NCBI GenBank assembly: GCA_964467255.1
Contig: CAYXPR010000001.1
Location: forward strand, 173,163-237,162
Direction of reading: 5' to 3'
Length of the DNA stretch: 64,000 nt
Origin: an uncultured Rickettsiales bacterium
GTDB taxonomy: Bacteria > Pseudomonadota > Alphaproteobacteria > Rickettsiales > RGZB01
Made by a program: the position numbers and the translations under genes. Numbering within the stretch: position 1 is the stretch's first letter; each line of letters opens with the position of its first letter. Below, in pieces: positions 10,134 to 17,070 of this stretch. Below the pieces are notes generated by a model. The model saw only the letters and a list, made by a program, of their open reading frames with translations. It made no database searches and was not told the origin of the DNA.

Positions 10134-10883
10134 ATGAAAATTCTGGTGCCGGTCAAACGAGTGGTGGATTACAACGTGAAGGTGCGCGTGAAGGCAGACG
10201 GCACGGGGGTGGAAACCGCCAACGTGAAGATGTCGATGAATCCGTTTGATGAAATTGCCGTGGAAGAAGCCATCCGCCTGAAAGAAAAAAGCGGCGCGAA
10301 AGAGGTGGTGGTGGTTTCCATCGGCCCTGCGAAGGCAGAAGAAACACTCCGCACTGCGCTCGCGATGGGCGCCGATAAAGCCATTTTGATTGAAACCGAA
10401 AAAGAAGTGCAACCGCTCGCTGTGGCAAAACTTCTTGCCGCCGTGGTGAAGCAGGAAAACCCGAACTTGGTGGTGATGGGCAAGCAGGCGATTGACGACG
10501 ATAGCAACCAAACCGGCCAGATGCTGGCAGGGCTGCTGGGCTGGGCGCAGGGCACGTTTGCCTCGAAGCTGGAACTGGCGGGTAGCGACGCGAATGTGAC
10601 GCGCGAGGTGGATGGCGGTCTTGTGACGGTAAAAATCAAACTGCCTGCGATTGTGACGACGGATTTGCGTTTGAACGAGCCGCGTTATGTGGCGCTGCCG
10701 AACATTATGAAAGCACGCAGTAAACCCTTAGAGAAGAAAAAGCCGGAAGATTACGGCGTGGATATCGCACCGCGTTTGACCACATTGAAAGTGGAAGAGC
10801 CAAAGAAACGCAAAGGCGGCGCCAAGGTGAAAACTGTGGAAGAGCTGGTCGATAAGCTGAAAAACGAAGCCAAAGTATTATAA
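10134..10883 (+). CDS. etfB: Electron transfer flavoprotein beta subunit
   Basis: [19 protein letters not shown] start, 249 aa, followed by etfA. Confidence 0.94.
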   Translation: MKILVPVKRVVDYNVKVRVKADGTGVETANVKMSMNPFDEIAVEEAIRLKEKSGAKEVVVVSIGPAKAEETLRTALAMGADKAILIETEKEVQPLAVAKLLAAVVKQENPNLVVMGKQAIDDDSNQTGQMLAGLLGWAQGTFASKLELAGSDANVTREVDGGLVTVKIKLPAIVTTDLRLNEPRYVALPNIMKARSKPLEKKKPEDYGVDIAPRLTTLKVEEPKKRKGGAKVKTVEELVDKLKNEAKVL

Positions 10884-10915
10884 ATCTACTGCGCGGGCCG
10901 TCTATGACCGATTTA

Positions 10916-10972
10916 TTTAAGCTTCCGTTGCTCACGTACTGTAACGTACGTTCCGCTACGGTTCTTAAAAAA
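10916..10972. repeat. Palindromic intergenic repeat, copy 1 (second copy at 43118..43178)
   Basis: Sequence is TTTAAGCTTCCGTTGCTCACGTACTGTAACGTACGTTCCGCTACGGTTCTTAAAAAA. With two 1-nt indels it shares, in order, CTTCCGYTGCTCACGTACT..GTACGTT.CGC..CGG.TTC.TTAAAA with the copy downstream of rpmA. Confidence 0.7.
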
Positions 10973-11025
10973 TCAGTCATATCCAATTCCTCGCAGCGAT
11001 TTCTTTAAGGAAGGATAAATAAAAA

Positions 11026-11961
11026 ATGACAGTTCTTGTAATTGCAGAACACGAAAAAGGAAAACTTAAAGCCGGTACGCATAGCACGGTGACGGCGGCC
11101 GCCAAAATCGGCGGCGGTGTGCATGTGCTGGTGGCGGGCGGTGCAGGCAGCGAAGCGGTGGCACAAGCCGCAGCCAAAATCACCGGCGTAGAAAAAGTGT
11201 TGCTGGCAGAAGATGCTGCCTATCAGCATTTTTTGGCCGAAAACATGGCGAAGCTGATTGTGGATATTGCCAAAAACTACTCGCATATTCTGGCGCCCGG
11301 CTCGACTTTTGGGAAAGATTTTATGCCGCGTGCGGCCGCGCTGTTAGATGTGGCGCAGGTTTCGGACATTCTTTCGGTAGAGTCGGCGGACACATTCAAA
11401 CGCCCGATTTATGCCGGTAACGCGATTGCAACGGTGAAGTCTGCTGACAAAATCAAAGTTATCACCGTGCGCACCACAGCGTTTGACCGTGCAGCCGAAG
11501 GCGGCAGCGCTACGGTAGAAAAAATCGCCAGCAAGGGAGATGCCGGGCTTTCAAGCTTTGTTTCTGCGCAGGTAACGGAATCAGACAGGCCAGACTTAAG
11601 CACGGCGCGCATTGTGGTTTCCGGCGGGCGCGGCTTCGGCAGCGGCGAGAAATTTAAAATGCTGGAATCACTGGCTGCCAAACTTGGCGCGGCCATTGGT
11701 GCTAGCCGTGCAGCGGTGGATGCAGGCTATGTGCCGAACGATTATCAGGTGGGGCAAACCGGAAAAATCATTGCGCCAGACTTATATATCGCTATTGGTA
11801 TCTCGGGTGCCATTCAGCATCTTGCCGGTATGAAAGACAGCAAGGTGATTGTGGCGATTAACAAAGACGAGAGCGCGCCGATTTTTGAAATCGCGGATTA
11901 TGGGCTGGTGGGCGATTTGTTTGAAATCCTCCCGCAGCTTGAGGCAGCGCTCGCGAAGTAA
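11026..11961 (+). CDS. etfA: Electron transfer flavoprotein alpha subunit
   Basis: 311 aa with the C-terminal FAD-binding signature YIAIGISGAIQHLAGMKDSKVIVAINKD. Confidence 0.94.
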   Translation: MTVLVIAEHEKGKLKAGTHSTVTAAAKIGGGVHVLVAGGAGSEAVAQAAAKITGVEKVLLAEDAAYQHFLAENMAKLIVDIAKNYSHILAPGSTFGKDFMPRAAALLDVAQVSDILSVESADTFKRPIYAGNAIATVKSADKIKVITVRTTAFDRAAEGGSATVEKIASKGDAGLSSFVSAQVTESDRPDLSTARIVVSGGRGFGSGEKFKMLESLAAKLGAAIGASRAAVDAGYVPNDYQVGQTGKIIAPDLYIAIGISGAIQHLAGMKDSKVIVAINKDESAPIFEIADYGLVGDLFEILPQLEAALAK

Positions 11962-11972
11962 AGGCTAATGGC

Positions 11973-12671
11973 ATGGATAGGCTCACGGGCATGTGGAAGC
12001 GTTTCAGGTTCGCCCGCAAGGCGGCAGAAGCCACGCCTTCAGCCGCGATGCTGCACTCGCGCCGCAAAATAGAAAATGAAAAAAGCGCCCGCCATTTGGG
12101 TTACACGTTGGCGGCCACGGCGCTTTCGGCCAAGTTGGCGAAGGCCGATGGCGGCATTCACAAAGCCGAGATGGAATCGTTCCACCGTTTTATGCCGCAT
12201 ATTGCGGCGGAATCACGCGAGATGTTGTTCAATGAAGCCGCGCTCGACAGCGCAGGGTTTGAACATTACGCCCGCCGCATGAAAGCTTATTTTAAAGAAG
12301 ACGCTGCATTTTTGAAAAAAACACTCAGTGCCTTGTTTGATTTTGCCGCCGCCGATGGCCCGATTAACAGCGACGAAATCGTGTTCTTAAAAAAAGTGAA
12401 TCACATTTTTGGCTTTGCAGACGAGCATTTTTACGCCGAGCTTAAGGGACATATTCTGCCGAAAACCAAAGAGCCTTATGCGGTGCTGGGTGTTCACAAA
12501 GGCGCATCGGTTGCCGCAATTAAGAAGGCTTACTATAAGGCGGCATCATCGTATCATCCGGATAAGCTGGCATCGGTCGGCTCGAAAGAATTACTCGTGA
12601 TTGCCAACCAGCGCATGACGGTGGTGCAGCATGCGTATGAAAGCCTGTCAAAACGCGCGCGGATGCATTAG
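11973..12671 (+). CDS. J-domain co-chaperone with a TerB-like N-terminal domain (DjlA-like, no obvious TM)
   Basis: C-terminal J domain (PYAVLGVHKGASVAAIKKAYYKAASSYHPDK). The upstream region resembles TerB/DjlA (LAKADGGIHKAEMESF ... AAADGPINSDEIVFLKKV). The start is uncertain, with an alternative at MWKRF. Confidence 0.7.
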   Translation: MDRLTGMWKRFRFARKAAEATPSAAMLHSRRKIENEKSARHLGYTLAATALSAKLAKADGGIHKAEMESFHRFMPHIAAESREMLFNEAALDSAGFEHYARRMKAYFKEDAAFLKKTLSALFDFAAADGPINSDEIVFLKKVNHIFGFADEHFYAELKGHILPKTKEPYAVLGVHKGASVAAIKKAYYKAASSYHPDKLASVGSKELLVIANQRMTVVQHAYESLSKRARMH

Positions 12672-12676
12672 CCGCC

Positions 12677-13414
12677 ATGCCAAAAACGCACAAAGCCCCA
12701 TCACCGAATTTTGATGATCGCCCCGCAGGCGAGGCGATTGATACGCTGCTGCTGCATTACACGGGAATGAAAACGGCAGATGCGGCGCTAACCCGCCTTG
12801 TAGACCCGCAAGCAAAAGTAAGCGCCCATTACATGGTGCACCGGAATGGTGATGTATATGAAATGGTGGCGGAAGAAAAACGCGCATGGCACGCAGGGGT
12901 GAGTTTTTGGCGTGGGAAGAATCATTTGAATTCGCGCTCCATCGGCATCGAGATTGATAACCCCGGCCATGAGTTTGGTTATATTCCGTTTACCGAGGTG
13001 CAAATGGCATCGGTGGTAAAACTGTGCCAAGGCATTTTAAAACGTCACGCGATTGCACCCCGCAACGTGATTGCCCATTCCGACGTGGCACCTGACCGCA
13101 AAGAAGACCCCGGCGAATTATTTGATTGGTCGATGCTGGCGCGTGAAGGCATCGGCTTATTCCCCGCGCTGCCTGCGATGAAAGCGCGCGCGCTGTTCAA
13201 ACAGGGCGATAAAGGCGCAGGCGTACTTTCGATGCAGAAACGCCTGCTGGCTTATGGTTATAATGTGCCAGTGACAGGCGAGTTTTGCGCCGCCACTGCC
13301 GCCGTGGTGCGCGCCTTTCAGCGCCATTTTGACGGCATCCGCCGCGAGATTGACGGCGTGTGGGACACGCAAGCCGATGAGATGATATCGGCACTCATTA
13401 ATATGGTGGATTAG
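12677..13414 (+). CDS. N-acetylmuramoyl-L-alanine amidase (AmpD/Amidase_2 family) with a C-terminal peptidoglycan-binding domain
   Basis: SPNFDDRP..IDTLLLHYTGM, AHYMVHRNGDVYEM, AWHAGVSFW and IGIEIDNPGH match the AmpD-type catalytic core. The C-terminus GVLSMQKRLLAYGYNVPVTGEFCAATAAVVRAFQ resembles PG_binding_1. Confidence 0.85.
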   Translation: MPKTHKAPSPNFDDRPAGEAIDTLLLHYTGMKTADAALTRLVDPQAKVSAHYMVHRNGDVYEMVAEEKRAWHAGVSFWRGKNHLNSRSIGIEIDNPGHEFGYIPFTEVQMASVVKLCQGILKRHAIAPRNVIAHSDVAPDRKEDPGELFDWSMLAREGIGLFPALPAMKARALFKQGDKGAGVLSMQKRLLAYGYNVPVTGEFCAATAAVVRAFQRHFDGIRREIDGVWDTQADEMISALINMVD

Positions 13415-13423
13415 AAGAAGTAT

Positions 13424-13791
13424 CCAGATGGCCGGTAAGCCGGGTTTTGTCGAGGACAATCATTTATCTGGGATGGCTGTTACCAACCACCTCTAGCAGC
13501 CTACCCGAACAGCAAAGGACGGGGAAAAACCATCCGGCTTACGCCTGCTGTTCCTATTTGGCCTTGCTCCCGGCGGGGTTTTCCATGCCGCGACACATTA
13601 CTGCGCGCGCGGTGCGCTCTTACCGCACCTTTTCACCCTTACCTGCCTGCTTGCGCAAACGGGCGGTATATTTTCTGTGGCACTTTCCCTGGGGTCGCCC
13701 CCGGCGGGTGTTACCCGCCACCGTTTTTCCGTGGAGCCCGGACTTTCCTCTCGCTGCTTTAAGGGCAGAAAGCGATCATCTGGCCATCTGG
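13424..13791 (-). ncRNA. rnpB: RNase P RNA, bacterial type A
   Basis: The reverse strand reads CCAGATGGCCAG...GAGAGGAAAGTCCGGGCTCCACGG (universal P4 5-prime strand). It continues ...GGGTAGGCTGCT...GATAAATGATTGTCCTCGACAAAACCCGGCTTACCGGCCATCTGG (P4 3-prime strand and P1 closure). The 5-prime CCAGATGGCC pairs with the 3-prime GGCCATCTGG. End positions are good to a few nt. Confidence 0.95.
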
Positions 13792-13830
13792 AACGGCGGA
13801 AGATAGCCCCAAATATGCGGAAAAGCAAGC

Positions 13831-14658
13831 CTAGCGGCGAAGTTGCTGGTTTTTGGCACCCGGGCGGCAAGCATCCAGCGCGTGGTATAGATAAGCCGCG
13901 TGGAGGAGGAAATAAATCAGCATGGCGTTTTTGAAAATGCGCACTCCGAGCACCGCCTGAATACCTTCCAACATGAGGAGGGGCGTGGTGGTGACCACCG
14001 CCAGCCGCACGACATCTTTAAAGGTAAGACCGGTTTTCAGCACGTTGCTGATAAGCAAACCCGCGCCGCCCAGCACAAAGGCATTCACCGTGAGGAAGAT
14101 GAACATATAGATCATGTTGCTCGGCAGCATGATGAGCGGCAGCCAGCGCATAACGGGCATGAGTGCTTCTTTGTTAATGACGCCATCTTCAATTTTGGCG
14201 AAATCGGCACGGACGATGTCTTTCTTGCCGCTTTTGGTAATAAAGGCCTTGTCAGTAATCAGCGCCACGGCGGCAGAGCCCGCGAGAGAAGTGACCTTGC
14301 CCGTGGTATCGATAATCATGAACGGGTCCTGCGAGTAAGGATTCTTTATAATATAGGGCTGCGGCACATCGGTGCGCGCCACGCCGTTTTCAATAATGAT
14401 TTCCGGAAACTCATTGATGATGGAAAGGAACACTGTGTTGGTGAGGCTCTGGAAGCTGGCGCCCGCAAAACCTTCGTTCACCGCCCGTTCTGGTTTAAAG
14501 GTGATGGTTTGCACCAAGGCTGTGCCACCGCCAAAAATAATAATCATCAGCAGCATGAAAATAAGGCCTAAGCCTTTCCAGCGGCGGGCAACGTCGCGGT
14601 AAAACCCCTCGGAATAAAGGGAGAGGCCAATGGCCTTAATATAAGAGTAGCGGTTCAT
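13831..14658 (-). CDS. DUF1189-like polytopic membrane protein
   Basis: 275 aa. N-terminus YIKAIGLSLYSEGFYRDVARRWKGLGLIFMLL, then several hydrophobic helices. Resembles the DUF1189 family as I recall it. Confidence 0.6.
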   Translation of the reverse strand: MNRYSYIKAIGLSLYSEGFYRDVARRWKGLGLIFMLLMIIIFGGGTALVQTITFKPERAVNEGFAGASFQSLTNTVFLSIINEFPEIIIENGVARTDVPQPYIIKNPYSQDPFMIIDTTGKVTSLAGSAAVALITDKAFITKSGKKDIVRADFAKIEDGVINKEALMPVMRWLPLIMLPSNMIYMFIFLTVNAFVLGGAGLLISNVLKTGLTFKDVVRLAVVTTTPLLMLEGIQAVLGVRIFKNAMLIYFLLHAAYLYHALDACRPGAKNQQLRR

Positions 14659-14778
14659 TGATAGTTGTCTTTCTTTACTTGGTTCCCGTTCGGGCGTGCC
14701 GCCCTCACATGGAACGCCGCCGTACGCGGCGGGCTGACGGCTCTCATTAAAAAAACGCCAAAAATGGCGGAAATCCTC

Positions 14779-14794
14779 ATGGGAGCGCGTGGGA
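14779..14794 (+). promoter_or_regulatory. Two RTGGGA pentamer repeats at 10-bp spacing (possible distal MraZ-type site)
   Basis: ATGGGAgcgcGTGGGA. The TGGGA repeats start at 14780 and 14790, about 225 bp upstream of mraZ and in the same orientation as mraZ. Confidence 0.25.
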
Positions 14795-14893
14795 AGATAG
14801 CATAATTGCCTACAATTTTAAATAAAATCGAACATTTTGTTGGGGGTATAACCCCATATTTCACTTGCCATAGACCATCAAAAGGGATAATTT

Positions 14894-14929
14894 CCCATCT
14901 ATACCCATGCCAGCCCATGTTTACCCCAT
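14894..14929 (-). promoter_or_regulatory. Four phased CCCAT (ATGGG on the minus strand) direct repeats: candidate MraZ operator / Pmra region
   Basis: CCCAT occurs at 14894, 14904, 14914 and 14925 (spacing 10, 10, 11 bp), 87-122 bp upstream of the mraZ ATG. A fifth CCCAT lies at 14853. Confidence 0.45.
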
Positions 14930-15015
14930 AAGGGACCAAAATGCGGCAGGCAGGAGAGGGAACCAAGGGAAAACAAGGCAGGTAGCTATGTTTTTCCGCG
15001 GAAGGAATAGGGAAA

Positions 15016-15480
15016 ATGGCGCTCTTTTTATCGACATACGTCAATAAAATTGACAAGAAAGGCAGGGTCTCGGTGCCCGCGCAGTTCCGTGCTGTGCTCG
15101 CTAATGAAAATTTCCCCGGCATTATTGCCTACGCCTCATTTGTGAATCCATGTGTAGAAGCCTGCGGCATTCAGCGCATTGAGCGTATGGCCGAAAGCAT
15201 CGACAGCCTCGACCCGTTCTCAGATCAGCGCGACGCATTCGCTACCAGCATTCTAGGCGGTTCGGTGCAGTTGCCGTTTGACAGCGAAGGCCGCGTGGTG
15301 ATTCCAGAAGACCTGATGAAAGAATCTGGCCTTGTTGAGCAAGCTGTGTTCGTGGGCAAAGGCGCCACGTTTGAAATCTGGTCGCCGAAAACATTCGAGC
15401 AATATGCAGAAAAAGCACGCAACCTTGCTAAGCAAGAACGCGGATTGCTGCGTCTTTCGCCGAAAGGGGGTCAGTCATGA
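15016..15480 (+). CDS. mraZ: Transcriptional regulator MraZ
   Basis: FLSTYVNKIDKKGRVSVPAQFR plus a second SpoVT/AbrB-like half (FDSEGRVVIPEDL). First gene of the dcw cluster, with a 4-nt overlap onto rsmH. Confidence 0.93.
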   Translation: MALFLSTYVNKIDKKGRVSVPAQFRAVLANENFPGIIAYASFVNPCVEACGIQRIERMAESIDSLDPFSDQRDAFATSILGGSVQLPFDSEGRVVIPEDLMKESGLVEQAVFVGKGATFEIWSPKTFEQYAEKARNLAKQERGLLRLSPKGGQS

Positions 15481-16463
15481 ACGCTCCCCGTATGACCTAT
15501 GCGTTAAAAGAAATGAATCACAATCCGGTGCTGATTAACGAAGTGCTGGAAAACATGGCGCCGAAAGACGGCGAAGTCTATGTGGATGGCACGTTCGGTG
15601 CTGGCGGTTACACCAAGGCGCTGCTGAAATCCGCCAAGTGCAAAGTATTCGGCATCGACCGCGACCCGTTCGTGGAAGTGTTCGTTGAAAAAGTGTCAGA
15701 AGAATATGCAGACCGCTTCACTTTCCTTTCCGGCAAGTTCGGCGACATGCAGCTTTTATTGCAGGCAGAGGGCGTAACGCAAGTGAACGGCGTGGTGTTG
15801 GACATTGGCGTTTCATCGATGCAGCTGGAAACGCCGCGCCGCGGCTTTTCCTTCATGAATGATGGCCCGCTGGATATGCGTATGGATACCGAGGGCGCCA
15901 CGGCGGCCGATATTGTGAACGGTGCCAAGGAGGAGGAACTCGCTGGCATCATATTCAAGTTCGGCGGTGAGCGTTTTTCGCGCAAAATAGCGCGTGCTAT
16001 CGTGACAGCACGGGGTCACGAACCAATTACGCGCACGGGCCAGCTGGCAGATATTATCCGTCGCGCTGTGCGCACCTATAACGATACGATTGATCCTGCC
16101 ACGCGTACATTTCAGGCGCTGCGCATCTGGGTGAATGATGAGCTGGGCGAGCTTGCCAACGCACTGGAAGGTGCAGAGCGCGTGCTGGCACCGGGTGGCC
16201 GCCTTGTGGTGGTTTCGTTCCACTCGGAAGAAGACGCCATCGTGAAACAATTTTTAAAAGAACGCAGCGGCAGAGCTGACAGCGTATCGCGCCATCAGCC
16301 CATGCCCAATGCCAACCGTGTTCCCCCCACGTTTTCACTTCTTTCCCCAAAGGCAGTGAAAGCGAGTTCCCAAGAGGTGGCCGCAAATCCAAGGGCGCGT
16401 TCTGCGCGTCTGCGGGCGGCCACCCGCACCTCCGCAAAACCACGCGGGCAGAAGGAGATTTAG
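15477..16463 (+). CDS. rsmH: 16S rRNA (cytosine1402-N4)-methyltransferase
   Basis: HNPVLINEVLENM, DGTFGAGGYT, GVVLDIGVSSMQLE, and the C-terminal EVAANPRARSARLRA motif. Confidence 0.94.
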   Translation: MNAPRMTYALKEMNHNPVLINEVLENMAPKDGEVYVDGTFGAGGYTKALLKSAKCKVFGIDRDPFVEVFVEKVSEEYADRFTFLSGKFGDMQLLLQAEGVTQVNGVVLDIGVSSMQLETPRRGFSFMNDGPLDMRMDTEGATAADIVNGAKEEELAGIIFKFGGERFSRKIARAIVTARGHEPITRTGQLADIIRRAVRTYNDTIDPATRTFQALRIWVNDELGELANALEGAERVLAPGGRLVVVSFHSEEDAIVKQFLKERSGRADSVSRHQPMPNANRVPPTFSLLSPKAVKASSQEVAANPRARSARLRAATRTSAKPRGQKEI

Positions 16464-16825
16464 TGATGAAAAAATTATTCAACGCTTTTGCCGCAGTGAA
16501 AAAGATGATTACCGAACGCAGCAACGCCGAGGAAGCCTTTGTACGCAAAGCACCGCGTTTGCAAGCCAGCAGTGTTCCCCCCACGCTTCTACTTCTGACC
16601 CAAAAGGTAGTAGAGGCGAGTTCCCAAGAGGTGGCCGCACAACCCGGAATGCACCCCATGCATCTCGGGGCGGCCACCCACCCCATCGCGCATTCGTGGG
16701 AACGTAAAGGAGTTTAGGTATGAAACGTAAAGCATTCGTTATTGGTACGGTCATGTTCTGCGCACTGGCGTTTGCGGTGTTCAAAGTGGAATATAAAGTG
16801 CGCTCGCTGCGCGCCGAGCTGGCGG
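16318..16825 (+). repeat. Tandem duplication: two ~254-bp units spanning the rsmH 3-prime end / ftsL 5-prime end junction
   Basis: 16318..16430 aligns without gaps to 16572..16684, including the perfect 24-mer GCGAGTTCCCAAGAGGTGGCCGCA at 16362 and 16616. The stop-SD-start junction AAGGAG(A)TTTAGnnATGAAA recurs at 16452..16471 and 16707..16725. Weaker similarity continues into the ORF84 N-terminus versus the FtsL N-terminus. Confidence 0.75.
16463..16717 (+). CDS. Hypothetical 84-aa ORF, chimeric product of the duplication (FtsL-N-like head without the TM, decayed RsmH-C-like tail)
   Basis: SD GAAGGAG lies 8 nt before the ATG at 16466. The tail VPPTLLLLTQKVVEASSQEVAAQPGMHPMHLGAATHP mirrors RsmH PPTFSLLSPKAVKASSQEVAANPRARSARLRAATR. 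The head AFAAVKKMITERSNAEEAFVRK resembles FtsL AFAVFKVEYKVRSLRAELAEVNR. It may be translated, or it may be a decaying remnant. Confidence 0.3.
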   Translation: MMKKLFNAFAAVKKMITERSNAEEAFVRKAPRLQASSVPPTLLLLTQKVVEASSQEVAAQPGMHPMHLGAATHPIAHSWERKGV

Positions 16826-17070
16826 AAGTGAATCGCCAGATTCTGCAAAATTATGAAGACATCCACGTGCTGAAAACCGAATGGGTGTATTTAAATAGTC
16901 CGCAGCGCGTGAAAGAACTTGCCAGCCGTTACTTGGATATGGATTATGTGAATTACGCGCAGCTGCGTGGTGTGGAAACCATCCCAGCGATGCCGATTAT
17001 GATCAGCCAAAACAAAGACACGGCGCCGGTTAAAGTGGCACGTGTATATGCCGGGGGTAATAGGGAGTGA
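16720..17070 (+). CDS. ftsL: Cell division protein FtsL
   Basis: 116 aa: short basic N-terminus, a single TM (FVIGTVMFCALAFAVF), then a coiled-coil region. Occupies the canonical position between rsmH and ftsI. Confidence 0.85.
   Translation: MKRKAFVIGTVMFCALAFAVFKVEYKVRSLRAELAEVNRQILQNYEDIHVLKTEWVYLNSPQRVKELASRYLDMDYVNYAQLRGVETIPAMPIMISQNKDTAPVKVARVYAGGNRE

Noticed and set aside
13447-13934. Three overlapping ORFs (13447..13806 +, 13598..13870 -, 13677..13934 +).
   Set aside because: The region is the RNase P RNA gene plus the 3-prime end of the DUF1189 gene. The translations are Arg/Pro-rich nonsense.
14655-15122. A 155-aa minus-strand ORF spanning the mraZ upstream spacer and the mraZ start.
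   Set aside because: It overlaps the bona fide mraZ N-terminus and both ends of neighbouring genes, and has no motif or RBS. The spacer is better explained as a regulatory region carrying the phased repeats.
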